A stretch of DNA of 64,000 bases from the NCBI GenBank assembly GCA_951406725.2, contig OX597818.1:123504001-123568000 (forward strand), in the 5' to 3' direction. This DNA comes from Octopus vulgaris. Lineage: Eukaryota. This document shows positions 13,431 to 26,326 of the stretch, in pieces; within the stretch, counting starts at the first letter, position 1; each line of letters opens with the position of its first letter. A program made the position numbers and the translations under genes. The notes below the pieces were generated by a model, which ran no database searches, was not told where the DNA came from, and saw only the letters and a program-made list of their open reading frames with translations.

Positions 13431-14460
13431 CGTAAAAGTGAGCCTAACCACATGGCTACGTTGCCTCCATGAGGTATAATTGCATAAATTAATTCGGGTG
13501 AAATTTGAACTCAGAATGTAAAGAGACATAACTAAGTACCGTTTCCCACTAAAAGTTTCTGTCTCTGTAAACTTCAATAAAAAAAATTGTAACATGAACA
13601 AAGAGTTCTTCCATTCACGCAAGGTTACAAATTGTAAGCAACGCCACTGTTCATCAGATCAACTCCAGTTCTTGACATTTATTTTATCGACCCAAAGATG
13701 TAGTGTCAACGCCAGCAATATTCAGAACGTAAATAAATACAGCAAACCATTCCGTCCGGTCATCTACCGACCGATTTCTCCCCCCAATCCACCGTTATTT
13801 TGATATTGAAAGCAGTCACTGTAATATTCTTTTTAATTAGGAACACAAACAATTGTTAAATACTCTGTTGTTTCTATACATAAACAATTTATTTTTAAAC
13901 AGAAAAGAAAAATTCTATTAATGAATCGATTATTACTATGTTTTAAATTTTTTTTATTAAATTGCAATAAATAATTCATTTATTATCTTCCAAGCGATAT
14001 GTCTTTAAAACTGTAAAGCACATTTGAAATTTATCAAACGATTTATCAATGTTGTGTGTTTTATTGTAGTATCATATCTCTGTGGTATTTTGGAATTTTA
14101 AGCACTTTATTAAAAGTACTGTAAAACAAAGCAAAAGCAAAATTATTGGAAATTGTTTCTGCACATGCGTAAAACCAAAATAACATTTGTTTTAGACTCA
14201 TTGATTCAAAACACTAATGACTGAAATAACCTTATGTTAATGTTGCTGCAGTTATGATTCTTCTTTTCCTTCTTTTCCCTCTTTCTTGCTTCTACTTTAA
14301 ATACATTTACTACTACTACCTCTGCTACTACTATTTCTCCTCTTCTACTTCTTCATCTTCATTTTTTCTCGTCTTCTTTGCAACACACGATACACACAAA
14401 AATCTTGAAACTTTGAAACTAACAAAGTCGTTCGGATGTTGAGAGATTTAAACAAACAAA

Positions 14461-14699
14461 AGGCAACGAGCTGGCAGAATTGTTAGCACGCCGGGCGAAA
14501 TGCTTAGCAGTATTTCGTCTGCCGCTACGTTCTGAGTTCAAATTCCGCCGAGGTCGACTTTGCCTTTCATCCTTTCGGGGTCGATTAAATAAGTACCAGT
14601 TACGTTCTGGGGTCGATGTAATCGACTTAATCCGTTTGTCTGTCCTTGTTTGTCCCCTTTATGTTTAGCCCCTTGTGGGTAATAAAGAAATATGAAATA
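14461..14699 (+). mobile_element. SINE family A monomer
   Basis: TSD AGATTTAAACAAACAA at 14444-14459 and 14700-14715. Confidence 0.9.
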
Positions 14700-14720
14700 A
14701 GATTTAAACAAACAAGACAA

Positions 14721-15145
14721 TAGGCGCAGGAGTGGCTGTGTGGTAAGTAGCTTGCTTACCAACCACATGGTTCTGGGTTCAGTCCCACTGCGTGGCATCT
14801 TGGGCAAGTGTCTTCTGCTATAACCCCGGGCCGACCAATGCCTTGTGAGTGGATTTGGTAGATGGAAACTGAAAGAAGCCTGTCGTATATATGTATATAT
14901 ATATGTGTGTGTATGTGTATATGTTTGTGTGTCTGTGTTTGTCCCCCTAGCATTGCTTGACAACCGATGCTGGTGTGTTTACGTCCCCGTCACTTAGCGG
15001 TTCGGCAAAAGAGATCGATAGAATAAGTACTGGGCTTACAAAAGAATAAGTCCCGGGGTCGATTTGCTCGACTAAAGGCGGTGCTCCAGCATGGCCGCAG
15101 TCAAATGACTGAAACAAGTAAAAGAGAGAGAAAAGAGTAAAGAGT
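14721..15145 (+). mobile_element. tRNA-derived SINE family B (CORE-like segment), full length
   Basis: Head GGCGCAGGAGTGGCTGTGTGG..GGGTTCAGTCCC, segment CTTGGGCAAGTGTCTT, internal TA/TG tract, (GTAAAAGA)n tail, flanking AAGACAATAG repeat. Confidence 0.85.
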
Positions 15146-15322
15146 AAGACAATAGATATAGTTTTATTCGCAACGAGAAACAGCATTTTCTTATAAAACC
15201 TGTCACTCTAAAATAAAGTATCGGCAAACTGATTTTACAAACCGATTTCTATATTGAAGCTTAATTTTTTTTCCCTAAAGTCATTTATTACATTTTATAA
15301 ATCCAAGTATTGTGAAATTTGA

Positions 15323-15356
<34 letters not shown>

Positions 15357-15640
15357 ATAAGAAAATATTAGGAGAGCTGTACTTATGAAGTACCCAGTAC
15401 TGGTGGCGGAGTCACGAGACTGACCTAAAATGTGTTAGCGAAAGCAGAAGCTTTTTGCCAAAGCATTAAATCTATAATGTAAAGTATAGAAGCCATCTTA
15501 TCATGGCTAACCACATTGGGGAGGGGGTGTTACTGTAGCTTTATAGCCCCAAGAGATCGTCGTCTCTAGCTGGCTTTAGACACAATATCAGTGTCCTTGG
15601 GGTATTTGCAAAGGGAGGCCATCCCTTCCTCGCAAGCCTG

Positions 15641-15699
15641 AGTGATACGCTCGAACTAGTTTCGGGATTGTTGTCCCTCGTCAACGGGCGGTAACCACT
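15641..15699 (-). ncRNA. Minimal type I hammerhead ribozyme motif (U3 variant)
   Basis: Minus strand: agtggttac cgcccg TTGACGA ggga-caacaa-tccc GAAA ctag TT cgagcg tatcact. Stems I and II pair; stem III has a palindromic CTAG loop. Confidence 0.65.
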
Positions 15700-16266
15700 A
15701 GGTCGCGATGAAAGTGAAGGCTGCTTTGCAAATATATATAAGTTTTTCTAGTGGCGTATGCCACTGATGTCGAAAAACGAACAGTAAGCATAATTAAATC
15801 TCAGAATGAGATTGAAACAGTAATCGCCCGATAATGTAAGAAATAAATAAAATATCTGGTCATTTAACTCGCATAGAGCCATCTTGGAGATTCTTGTCTC
15901 CTCGGTCTTCGAATCACAAATTTTCTTATAGATGTATGTATGGGGTGTTTATATGTGCATGTGTGTGAGTGTGTGAGTATGTATTTGCGTGGAGGTTAGA
16001 TGATGGGGTGTATATGCCTGAGTTGGTCAATATTTGAATAAACGTTGTACCACTTTCATCCCTGCTAAAGACGGGGTTTTCTATATTTATTTTTATCATA
16101 TTCCTGAGAACAACGTTTGTTCATCTGCACACAAACCATACTCTAATTCTATTTAGGTTCTGTAAAATCAAAACGGAATACTTGTTTCAATGCGATAACA
16201 TGTAGACGGTATGGAAAAGTAAGACGTATCAATTGTCCTAAGGTCATCCAACATCGTAGAAATATG

Positions 16267-16870
16267 TTACTCTTTTACTCTTTTACTTGTTTCAGTCATT
16301 TGACTGCGGCCATGCTGGAGCACCGCCTTTAGTCGAGCAAATCGCCCCCGGGACTTATTCTTTGTAAGCCCAGTACTTATTCTATCGGTTTCTTTTTGCC
16401 GAACCGCTAAGTGACGGGGACGTAAACACACCGGCATCAGTGTCAAGCAATGCTTGGGGGACAAACACACAAACACACACACATACATATATATATATAT
16501 AACGGGAAGCTTTATGAAAATAAACAAAAGACGAAGGCAGGTGGAATACAAACAAACAATTATATTAGTATGGCGCTCAGGAATATAAATAAAACAAGTC
16601 TTTTACGTTTCGAGCCTACGCTCTTCAACAGAAAGATACACAGAAAAGAAACACAGAAAGAAACAAGGAGAGAAAAAAATGCGTGCAGAGGCTAGCAAAT
16701 CAACATGGCGATGACAGGTTTCTTTCACTTTCCGTCTACCAAATCCACTCACAAGACATTGGTCGGCCCGGGCCTATAGCAGAAGACACTTGCCCAAGAT
16801 GCCACGAAGTGGGACTGAACCCGGAACCATGTAGCTGGTTAGCAAGCTACTTACCACACAGTCACTCCTG
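16267..16870 (-). mobile_element. SINE family B interrupted by a Penelope-like terminal fragment (16501-16712)
   Basis: Reverse complement of family B. The insert lies in the SINE's TA tract and carries a hammerhead-like motif. Confidence 0.8.
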
Positions 16871-17608
16871 TCAAAGAAGTAATTACGACTGAAAATGTGA
16901 AATACATATTAAAGAGACAAGCAGTGAATCTGCTGCCAATAGTGCGACGAGTAAAATGTCTGTGTCTGCGTTTAAGTTATTAAGTATGTATTCCACATGT
17001 CCAGTTACGATTGCTCAGTTGGTCGTATATTTCTGTAATATTCGACGACTTAGAACAATTAACATATCTCATTTTTACAATATTAGCATTGAAACAAGCT
17101 TTCTCGTTCAATCCTACGAGACTTAAATTAAGGCTTATATGCGGATTGACGTACGTTGTTGTCAGTAATGTAACAGAAACGGTTCCAAAAAATATAGACT
17201 TCATCGAAGTGACAGCGTTAAAGATATTCATAGCACTTAAAATATGTTTATAACAACAGGGACATCAAGATATAAAAAAAAAGACGATTAATGTTAAAAC
17301 ATCTATCATTCTAAATTTCAGCGAATATAACCAGAAAATCAATCAAGTCTTAAATGTCGTCTCTAAATTGTTAATAACAACTCCAGGGACTCAAAAGTCC
17401 ACCTTAATAAGCTTATTGATTATTTGAATTCACTAGAGAAATAAATGTTAAACTAACCATTACTATGGTGAATTCTAGCCAACATACGTCTACGACAGCT
17501 AAATCTCCATAATTTGAACTATTCTATGAGACCTGCAAGACAACATCTTCACTTGCAATATCAACGAAGGATTTAATCATATAATCATACAATATACTTA
17601 ATTCTACC

Positions 17609-17840
17609 TATTTCTTTACTACCCACAAGGGGCTAAACACAGAGGTAACAAACAAGGTCAGACAAGGGGATTAAGTCGATTATATCGACACCAGTGCGTA
17701 ACTGGTACTTAATTTATCGACCTCGAAAGGATGAAAGTCAAAGTCGACCTCGGCGGAATTTGAACTCAGAATGTAGCGCTAGACGAAATACCGCAAAGCA
17801 TTTCGCCCAGCGTGCTAACGTTTCTGCCAGCTCGTCGCCC
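17609..17840 (-). mobile_element. SINE family A monomer
   Basis: TSD AATA(T/C)ACTTAATTCTACC at 17591-17608 and 17843-17860. Confidence 0.9.
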
Positions 17841-18410
17841 TAAATACACTTAATTCTACCTGTTGATCAATTCTAACCGATAATCTATATATATAATCAG
17901 TAGACACTTGATTCGCTACACATCAAGAGTCCCCTGAATTGTGAATACTTTACTATGCCTACACAAAATCAGATTAAATTTGCTAATCTCGAATCATAAA
18001 TCACGAAGTATTTCACATCAATAAGGATACTATTGTAAATGCTTTTAAGTCAGCTTACTAGTACGAATATTGCGACGGGTCACGCGATTTTGGCCACTAC
18101 TAATCATATTTTTTTTTCGAAACATTGAATGCAAACCGCGAAGACTTGACAAGCAATGCCTAGTTTGTTTTTGCTTCTTGTTTTTTTTTCTACTAAAAGT
18201 TATATAAAAATCATATACGAGTTACAAACTCAACATAAAATTATATTGGCTCACAGCCTGGAGATTTTAAGATATGGATAGAACAGATTTAATCAACCTA
18301 GTATTTGATTGCTATATAACATGGTCGCAACGGAGAAATAAACAGCAAAGAAAATTCTAAGTTTGTTCTTTTATTATTGTCATTATAACTATATCCATGA
18401 TGATAATAAT

Positions 18411-18564
18411 GAGAAGAAGAAGAAGAAGAAGAAGAAGAAGAAGAAGAAGAAGAAGAAGAAGAAGAAGAAGAAGAAGAAGAAGAAGAAGAAGAAAAAGAAA
18501 AAGAAAATGAAGAAGAAGAAGAAGAAGAAGAAGAAGAAGAAGAAGAAGAAGAAGAAGAAGAAGA
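18411..18564. repeat. (GAA)n microsatellite
   Basis: Direct reading. Confidence 0.95.
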
Positions 18565-19685
18565 AAAATGTGGAAATATCAACACTGGATAGAAGAACGA
18601 GGAAGTTGATGACGCCGCATGTGGCGCTACACGCTAAAGCAAACGTGAACAGACTGTATATGAAAAGAAACGATGGTGGCAGGGAACTAATTAGTATATA
18701 CTATTGTATAAGGAGTGAAAGGAGAACGCTTGCCGAGTATTTGATAAATAGGGATGAAGACCTGCTGCAATATACCGCGAAAGATATGGGTGTAAATGCA
18801 GGTGAAATGATGGGCAAGGAAGAGTTTAACCAAAGAGCTGGGAAGAGAAATGAAGACCTTCTTGAAATGAGAATGCATGGACAGTTTGAAAGGAATACAC
18901 AAGACGTTAAGGATAATAGGGCATCGTGGGCATGATTTGAAGCGTACAACCGAAAGCCTGATCATTGCTGCACAAGACCAGGCTCTCGCTACCAATTCAG
19001 TGAAGTATAACATCTATAAAACTTCTGACACCCAGAAATGCAAAAAGTGGGAAAAGTGCGGAACATGTGACCCACTTGATAAGTGGATGTGAGAGCCTTG
19101 CACAAAAATAATACAAGCGCCGCCACGATAAAATGTATGTGTATCTTCATTGGCTCTTATGCCGTAAATACCAATATGAAGTAACAGAGAAATGATAGGA
19201 GCATGTACCAAGTAAAGTTATGCAGGAGGATGGAAAAGTAACGGTACTCTGGGATTATGATTTTCAGACGGATCGCGTAATCGAACACCGTCGGCCAGAT
19301 ATTGTCATATTGAGTAAAAGAGACAAATACTGTCCGGTCACTGATGTAGCCATACCAAATGGCATGAACGTTGTAAGTAAAGAGGTTGAAAAAATCCCCA
19401 AGTACTCCGATCTGAAAGTGGAAATGGCAAGACTGTATGGAATGCGAGAGGGTAATGTAAAAGTGATATCAGTGGTGACCGGAGCGTTGGGCTCAATCCC
19501 ATTGAAACTTCAAGACTTTTTAAGGCAACTGGAAATTCCATGCAAGGTTGGTGTCTTGCGTAAAGTAGCCTTATTGGGCACATCTCACACCTTCAGGAAA
19601 GCTTTATCTGTCAGAAGTCCTTGTTGTGACTTGACAGAAGACTAGACTCCGGTGCATTTTTACCTACACTGTGTTACGAAGGAAT
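18565..19685 (+). mobile_element. R4/Dong-clade non-LTR retrotransposon, 3' fragment (pseudogenic; RT C-terminus, zinc knuckle region, RLE)
   Basis: LDRRTRKLM..LH.KANVNRLYMKRNDGGR; ESLIIAAQDQAL; VLWDYDFQTDRVIEHRRPDIV..DVAIP..EKIPKY (PD-(D/E)xK). 3' end runs into (TAA)n. Confidence 0.9.
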
Positions 19686-19686
19686 G

Positions 19687-19772
<86 letters not shown>

Positions 19773-19797
19773 TAATTATAATAATAATAATAATAAT

Positions 19798-19922
19798 ACG
19801 CAGAACACTTTCCATACAATAACCATCAGAGCATCACAACAAATCACAGCACATACCCAAGGCACACAGAGCTGCGCTCGGTAGTGAAGTGAAAGCACGC
19901 TATAAAAATAAAAATAAAACTA

Positions 19923-19926
<4 letters not shown>
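19798..19926 (+). mobile_element. Short 3' stub of a second Dong-like element
   Basis: Starts RTLSIQ*, resembling the RKALS/RKTLSM* ends of the neighbouring elements. Short UTR. Flanked by (TAA)n. Confidence 0.55.
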
Positions 19927-19993
<67 letters not shown>

Positions 19994-19996
<3 letters not shown>

Positions 19997-21118
19997 CTAT
20001 CTAGTACAAAGGACTGGATGCTGCGACTTGTGTGCGAACACGAAAGCAGCAAAAAGCTACATTCTATTGTCAAGGAAGCTTATAAGTTCGAAAGGGAACT
20101 AGACATTAACCTTGAATCAGATGAAGAGCCGGAAACCACTGCTACCAAGCAAGCAAAGCGAATCAAACAGACTGCAAAAAAGAACGGGCAGAATCAAATT
20201 GAGAGGCGGTGGAGCCAGAAGCCCCTGCATGGACAATATATTCTCCGAAGCCAAAATGCTGATGTAGACCAAGCAACAACCCATCAGTGGCTGAAGAGCT
20301 CTGGATTGAAAGCAGAGACTGAAGGTTTCATAATGGCAGCACAAGATCAAAGCTTGTTTACCAGAAATTACCAGGCTAACGTTCTCCGAAACGGTACTGA
20401 CCCTAAATGCAGATTCTGCGACACATTTGACGAAACGATAGACCATCTCGTTTCGGGATGTCCTGTGCTGACACCAAACGAATACAAAAATCGCCACGAT
20501 AGGGTAGGACAGTATATACATTAGAAGATATGTAAACACTACAAATCCGACACTCCTGCTAACTGGTATGAACACCATCCTCAGCCAGTTGTTGAAGGTA
20601 AAGATGTCACCATCCTCTGGGATTTTCCAGTCAACACTGACAGGACGATCAAGGCTAATCGACCAGACATAATTGTTAAAGACAGGGAAGAAAATACCTG
20701 CAGACTAATAGAAGTAAGCGTCCCCACTGATAAAAATGTATCTGTCAAGGAATTTGACAAACTTAGTAAATATAAGGACCTGGAAATCGAAATACAGAGG
20801 ATGTGGAATCTTAAAACAAAAACTGTTCCTGTTATTGTAGGTGCCCTAGGTATGATAAAAAAAGGATGTCAGAAACACCTAGACAATATCCCTGGATAAC
20901 CATGTCTCAAGGAAATCCAAAAGATTGTGCTAACAAATACTGCCCACATCCTTAGAAAAACCCTATCAATGTAAATGTTTGTGTTTGCATTACATGGAGA
21001 TATATCTCCCCAAGCTTTCAGCTATATTTCAACAACTCTTAACCTTCACTTGCCCTAGGGCGCTGGGTGTGCCCCGGCAGGTGATTGTATCAAACATGCA
21101 GATTAAAAGTAAATGACA
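19994..21118 (+). mobile_element. R4/Dong-clade retrotransposon 3' fragment (different family)
   Basis: KPLHGQY..GLKAETEGFIMAAQDQSL..CRFCDTFDETIDHLVSGC..RHD; ILWDFPVNTDRTIKANRPDII. ORF ends LRKTLSM* at ~20974, with a premature stop at 20522. Flanked by (TAA)n. Confidence 0.92.
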
Positions 21119-21138
21119 ATAATAATAATAATAATAAC

Positions 21139-21172
<34 letters not shown>

Positions 21173-21174
<2 letters not shown>

Positions 21175-21566
21175 TTCTACTATAGGCACAAGGCCTGAAA
21201 TTTGCTGGGAGGGGATTAGACGATTACATCGACCCCTGTTTCTCACTGGTACTTAATTTATCGACCCAGAAAAGATGAAAGGCAAAGTCGAACTCGGCGG
21301 AATTTGAACTCAGAACGTAGCAGCAGAAGAAATACCTACTTTTTTACTACCCACAAGGGGCTAAACACAGAGTGGAGAAACAAGGACAGACAAACGGATT
21401 AAGTCGATTATATCGACCCCAGTGCGTAACTGGTTCTTATTTAATCGACCCCGAAAGGATGAAAGGCAAAGTCGACCTCGGCGGAATTTGAACTCAGAAC
21501 GTAGCGGCAAGCGAAATACGTTACGCAATTCGCCCGGTGTGCTAACGTTTCTGCCAGCTCGCCGCC

Positions 21567-21568
<2 letters not shown>
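21173..21568 (-). mobile_element. SINE family A dimer inserted in (TAA)n
   Basis: Same architecture as 877-1275; junction at 21337. Confidence 0.88.
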
Positions 21569-21642
<74 letters not shown>

Positions 21643-21694
21643 TAATAATAATAATAACAACAACAACAATAATAATAATAACAACAACAATAAT

Positions 21695-21730
<36 letters not shown>

Positions 21731-21739
21731 AACAATAAC

Positions 21740-21771
<32 letters not shown>

Positions 21772-21796
21772 TAATAATAATAATAATAATGATGAT

Positions 21797-22348
21797 CTGA
21801 TACAGTACCAAGCAGTGGCTCTCGTGGCTTCTGATCTTAACTGATTGGAAGTGTTATCATGTAAATTGTTTTTTGCTTTGGTATAAAACATGGACTACAG
21901 CAAATATTCTGCTCAATACCACAGATTTGCTTGTCAGTTGTTTGACGATAACCAGTTGAGCATGTCCCTTAATGACTGACGATGTGTGCATCCCTGATCA
22001 CGAGTAGAAGTAGTGAGGGAGCATCATAGCCATGTGTTCAGAGGGATTCTTTGGGGTTTGAATAATTCACCTCTGGAAACATGGGTGCTTCGTTCAACAT
22101 CCTTAAACAACCCTTATTCAGGGACCTTTTGAGCGGGATGGATTACTCGACCAGAAGAAACTTCTAACTGGGCCCCACTGCAAGGTCTTGTGCTGTTTAT
22201 CTTGATATGAGATTACCATGTTGCGCACATATGCTTGTGATGCATGTGCCTGGTGTACCCTTATCAGATGGGTAGTCATGATGAGTATGCTGGGCTTCGT
22301 ATATTTTACCCCAGTGTCACTTTGATGACATGCACTGGTCTCTCACTC
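21797..22348 (+). mobile_element. ~550-bp non-coding repeat embedded in (TAA)n
   Basis: Reverse-complement copies at 45908-46357 and 46681-47229, all abutting TAA/ATT arrays. No long ORF. Confidence 0.8.
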
Positions 22349-22389
<41 letters not shown>

Positions 22390-22410
22390 TGATAATAATA
22401 ACAATAATAA

Positions 22411-23512
22411 TTTCTATTATTTGCCCCCAGAGGGAAGAATGAGGGGAATAATACAAAGACAGACACAATGTGTGGAAGTTTACATATAATGGAATGATAA
22501 AATAAAAAGAAATACACGGTATACATTAGAAGGAAAGTATACGTAGTATACGACACTAGATAAAGAGGGGAAGTGATTGTGAAGGGGTCTTGCTGATGCA
22601 GGAGAACCTCTAGTGATAATCAACGAACCCCACCATTCAAGATCACCCTGAATACCAAGGACAAGAGCAATCTCCAACTTCTTTCTACCGACTCACAATA
22701 GTACCACCCACTCTTGCCATTTTTGCCACTGTCACCGTCCTTTTCACAAATTCACTCGAGGACTGCACCTGCCTCTCCGCCCTCACTTTCCTTTTCAAGT
22801 TTCACGCGATGAGGGCTTTACCAAAGAGGAATGTTTCTGTGCTCATTGCTTTAAGCCTCGTCCACCAGATAATTTCTTTCGCCACAGCCACCAAACAAAG
22901 GAAAGCTGCCTTGCCAGCTCGATGAAAGGAGTGCTGCGGGGCAATCATCATTATGGATTAGGCTGACATACGGATCTGTCCTCTGCACGACAGCAGCTGT
23001 TCGACATATCTCCACAAGTCAGCAATGTCCAAATACTGAACGAATGCATGCGGAACGGTTTCGTCGCTCTGCGAGCACCTCGGACAAGCCCGTCTGATAT
23101 CACATCCTTGCCTGCAGAGTTTATCTCGAACCGGTAGCACTGCCAGGCCAAAGACATCTGGAAATTATCCATAACAGCCGCCGACCGTAATAGACTAGGG
23201 TCTCCCCGAGGACGTCGTCGCACTTCCCCGCTACTAATCATCTGTAAATATCTCAAGTGGAACATCTACCGATTCTATTGCCCGACTTCTAGAGGACGGT
23301 GAGTGCTTGATGACATACTAAGTGCCAGCCGCCCAGTCCCAGCCAATCCTTTATCCAGGATTGCAGCTCCTTCAAACATACGAACTGCGGAAAGGCGTGT
23401 CTCGCAAACGGAGACCACACACGTTCACCTTCTAGAAATCACTGAGTGCGTGTCTGCGCATAAAAAGCCATGACATGCCCAAGCCGCCATACAAACGAAG
23501 ATGACTCCAAAT
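22411..23512 (-). mobile_element. Tx1-like (L1 superfamily) LINE 3' fragment
   Basis: MDNFQMSLAWQCY, LPVRDKL, CPRCSQSDETVPHAF zinc knuckle; frameshifted. Confidence 0.8.
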
Positions 23513-23959
23513 GGTTGAACGGTAAAGTCGGACTCGGCGGGATATGAACTCAGAGTGTAAATAGAACTAATACTGAAAGACATCTTCTGACGCTCTAACG
23601 ATTCGATAACAGAAAAATAATATATACAAATATATATACACTATTTTCCATCATCCGTTTAGTTGTTCCAATAGCCAACAAAACCTACTAAACAAAAAAA
23701 CAAATGAGATGTTGGCAACAGTTTTTCATGAAATAAAAGATAAAAATGTATTGAATTCCCCAATAGAAATTTCGAAAAATTTTAAATCTTTATTGAAGGC
23801 AAAAGAAATCTCATTGAAGGCAAAAAGAAATCACGGTGAATCATGGAAGTATTTTGTGCGTGTACCTGTGCCTGTGTCTGTACGTGCTCGCGTAAGTGTG
23901 TGTACAGGGAAAGAGCAAGAGAGGCAAAGAGATATATAGAGAGACAGAGAGAGAGAGAA

Positions 23960-23994
<35 letters not shown>

Positions 23995-24504
23995 AATTAA
24001 TTAAAAAATTGCGAAGATGTTGACACCGATTGCCTGTGTTGTTAGTGTGTTTCACCAACGATCATGGAGTTGTGTTCGATTTCTTGACCGGGTAACGCGA
24101 AGCATCCTTCAGTAAGATACTACATTTCATAATAATCCTCCCAACTCAAATGAAAGTATTGTCAACTGAGGGATTGTGTAACTGTCTATTCCTCCAGGCC
24201 TGGGATCAAAATCGTAAGGATCGAGTTTGATCCCATGGCTTGATCCCACGTCTACAGCTGTTCAGGACCAAAAACCTTTAACAAATGTACATAGTATATA
24301 TTATGGAAATGTACTTGCATAGCAAGTGATTTGATCTGACATTGTCTGCTGAAACGAAATCAATTGCAGCGTGAAAGGTGTTTGCAAGCCATTTAAGAAA
24401 CACACAAAAGCCGTTCGATTCACTTCAACATTTAAGTTTAATTTGTCAAAATATTTTCGTCGCTTTAAGACCGCGACCTGTTCACTGACAAAAATCCGTG
24501 AGTA

Positions 24505-24809
24505 AAAGGATAAAGATCCCCTTCGGTCATGAATGACCATGGGATTGCACCTAGAAAGTTCCCCTCCAAGCCACAAGTTCGGGTGAGGTTGTATATGGAA
24601 GACCAGCAATTGCCCATGCATACCAGTCTCCCCTCTCGATACAGCTTGGCACTAGTGAGGTCGCAACTTATTTCTACAGCTGAGTGAACTGAAGCAACGT
24701 GAAATAAAGTGTCTTGCTCAAGAACACAACACACAGCCCGGTCTAGAAATCGAACTCGCTACTTTATGATTGGGAGCCCAACACTCTAACCACTGAGCCA
24801 TGCGCCTTC
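24505..24809 (-). mobile_element. tRNA-derived SINE with V-domain-like body
   Basis: Minus strand GGCGCATGGCTCAGTGGTTAG..GAGTTCGATT, then GTGTTGTGTTCTTGAGCAAGACACTTTA. Confidence 0.7.
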
Positions 24810-25009
24810 ACACTACTAAATCGCAATCGAATCTGAGTGATGGCCGTTGTAATGTGTGTGTGTGTGCGCGCGCGCGTGCGTGCATGTGTGTGTGTGTGTG
24901 TGTGTATGTGTGTGTGTGTGTGTGTGTGTGCGTACGCACTTATAAGTATATCTCTATGCGTGACCAGTTCGGTAGTTATGCAAATTACGCACACATACAC
25001 AAGCACATG

Positions 25010-25041
<32 letters not shown>

Positions 25042-25942
25042 TACACAAACAAACGTTTATGTGTGAATATCACACATATGTGTGCGTGTGTGTGTGCGTC
25101 CGTGTGCGTCCGTGTGTGTGTGTGAGTGTGTGTGTGTATCATACACACATATATTGCATTGGGATTATATGCATGCAACTGTGTATTGGATTATATTGTA
25201 GTTTGTATTGTACTGAGATATGTGTGTATGTGTGTGTAAGGAATTGTATACGTAGTATGCGTGTATACGTGTGAATAGTAAGACGGAGAGAAATGTACTG
25301 CTACACAGATTGCGAAAAAACACGAATAAGAGCCATTGATCGAAATACACGTACGCAAACACAGATACATACAATGATAAATTGAATAGACAGATACATA
25401 GGTATCACAATACAACACTATCGTTTGCTGTCATATATATTATAAATGTAATGGAATCTGATAACTGAAATATATTTTTTACAAAAAAAATTATCATCTT
25501 CTTTTCTGCTGCTATATTTTCCTATCTTCTTTGTTTTTTCTTCACAACGATTCTCTTTTTCTAACCCTTGTTATTTTTGCATCTGTCATTTCAAAAAATA
25601 GACCACGAAACTAAACAATGACTTGGTGAATTACGTCTTAGTATATCACTCTTTCTGACAGTCTTGTCTCATTATATCCGACTCTGTCATTTAATGTGGT
25701 TGTCTGTGTACGCATTACATGTGAAGAGAAATGTATATATATATTGATAGATAGATAGATAGATAGAGAGAGAGATATACATATATATGTATGTATTATG
25801 TATGTATGTATGTATTATGTATATGCACACCTATATACGTATGATCTGTTCAAGCTTAGAGTGTGAATGGTTTCTTAAACGTAAATATCAAATAAATACA
25901 TAAATGAATGTGTGTATGTGTCTGTATGTGTACAAACGTAAC

Positions 25943-26014
<72 letters not shown>

Positions 26015-26083
26015 TTACATACATACATCTATAGAAACATATATATATATATATGTGTATGTGTGTATGTATGTATGTATATG

Positions 26084-26168
<85 letters not shown>

Positions 26169-26216
26169 TTATACAGAGAGAGAGAGTAAGAGAGACAGAC
26201 AGACAAAATGACAAAC

Positions 26217-26326
<110 letters not shown>

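Noticed and set aside
17884-18163. Second Helitron (TC..CTAG)
   Set aside because: No convincing 3' hairpin and no second copy in the window.
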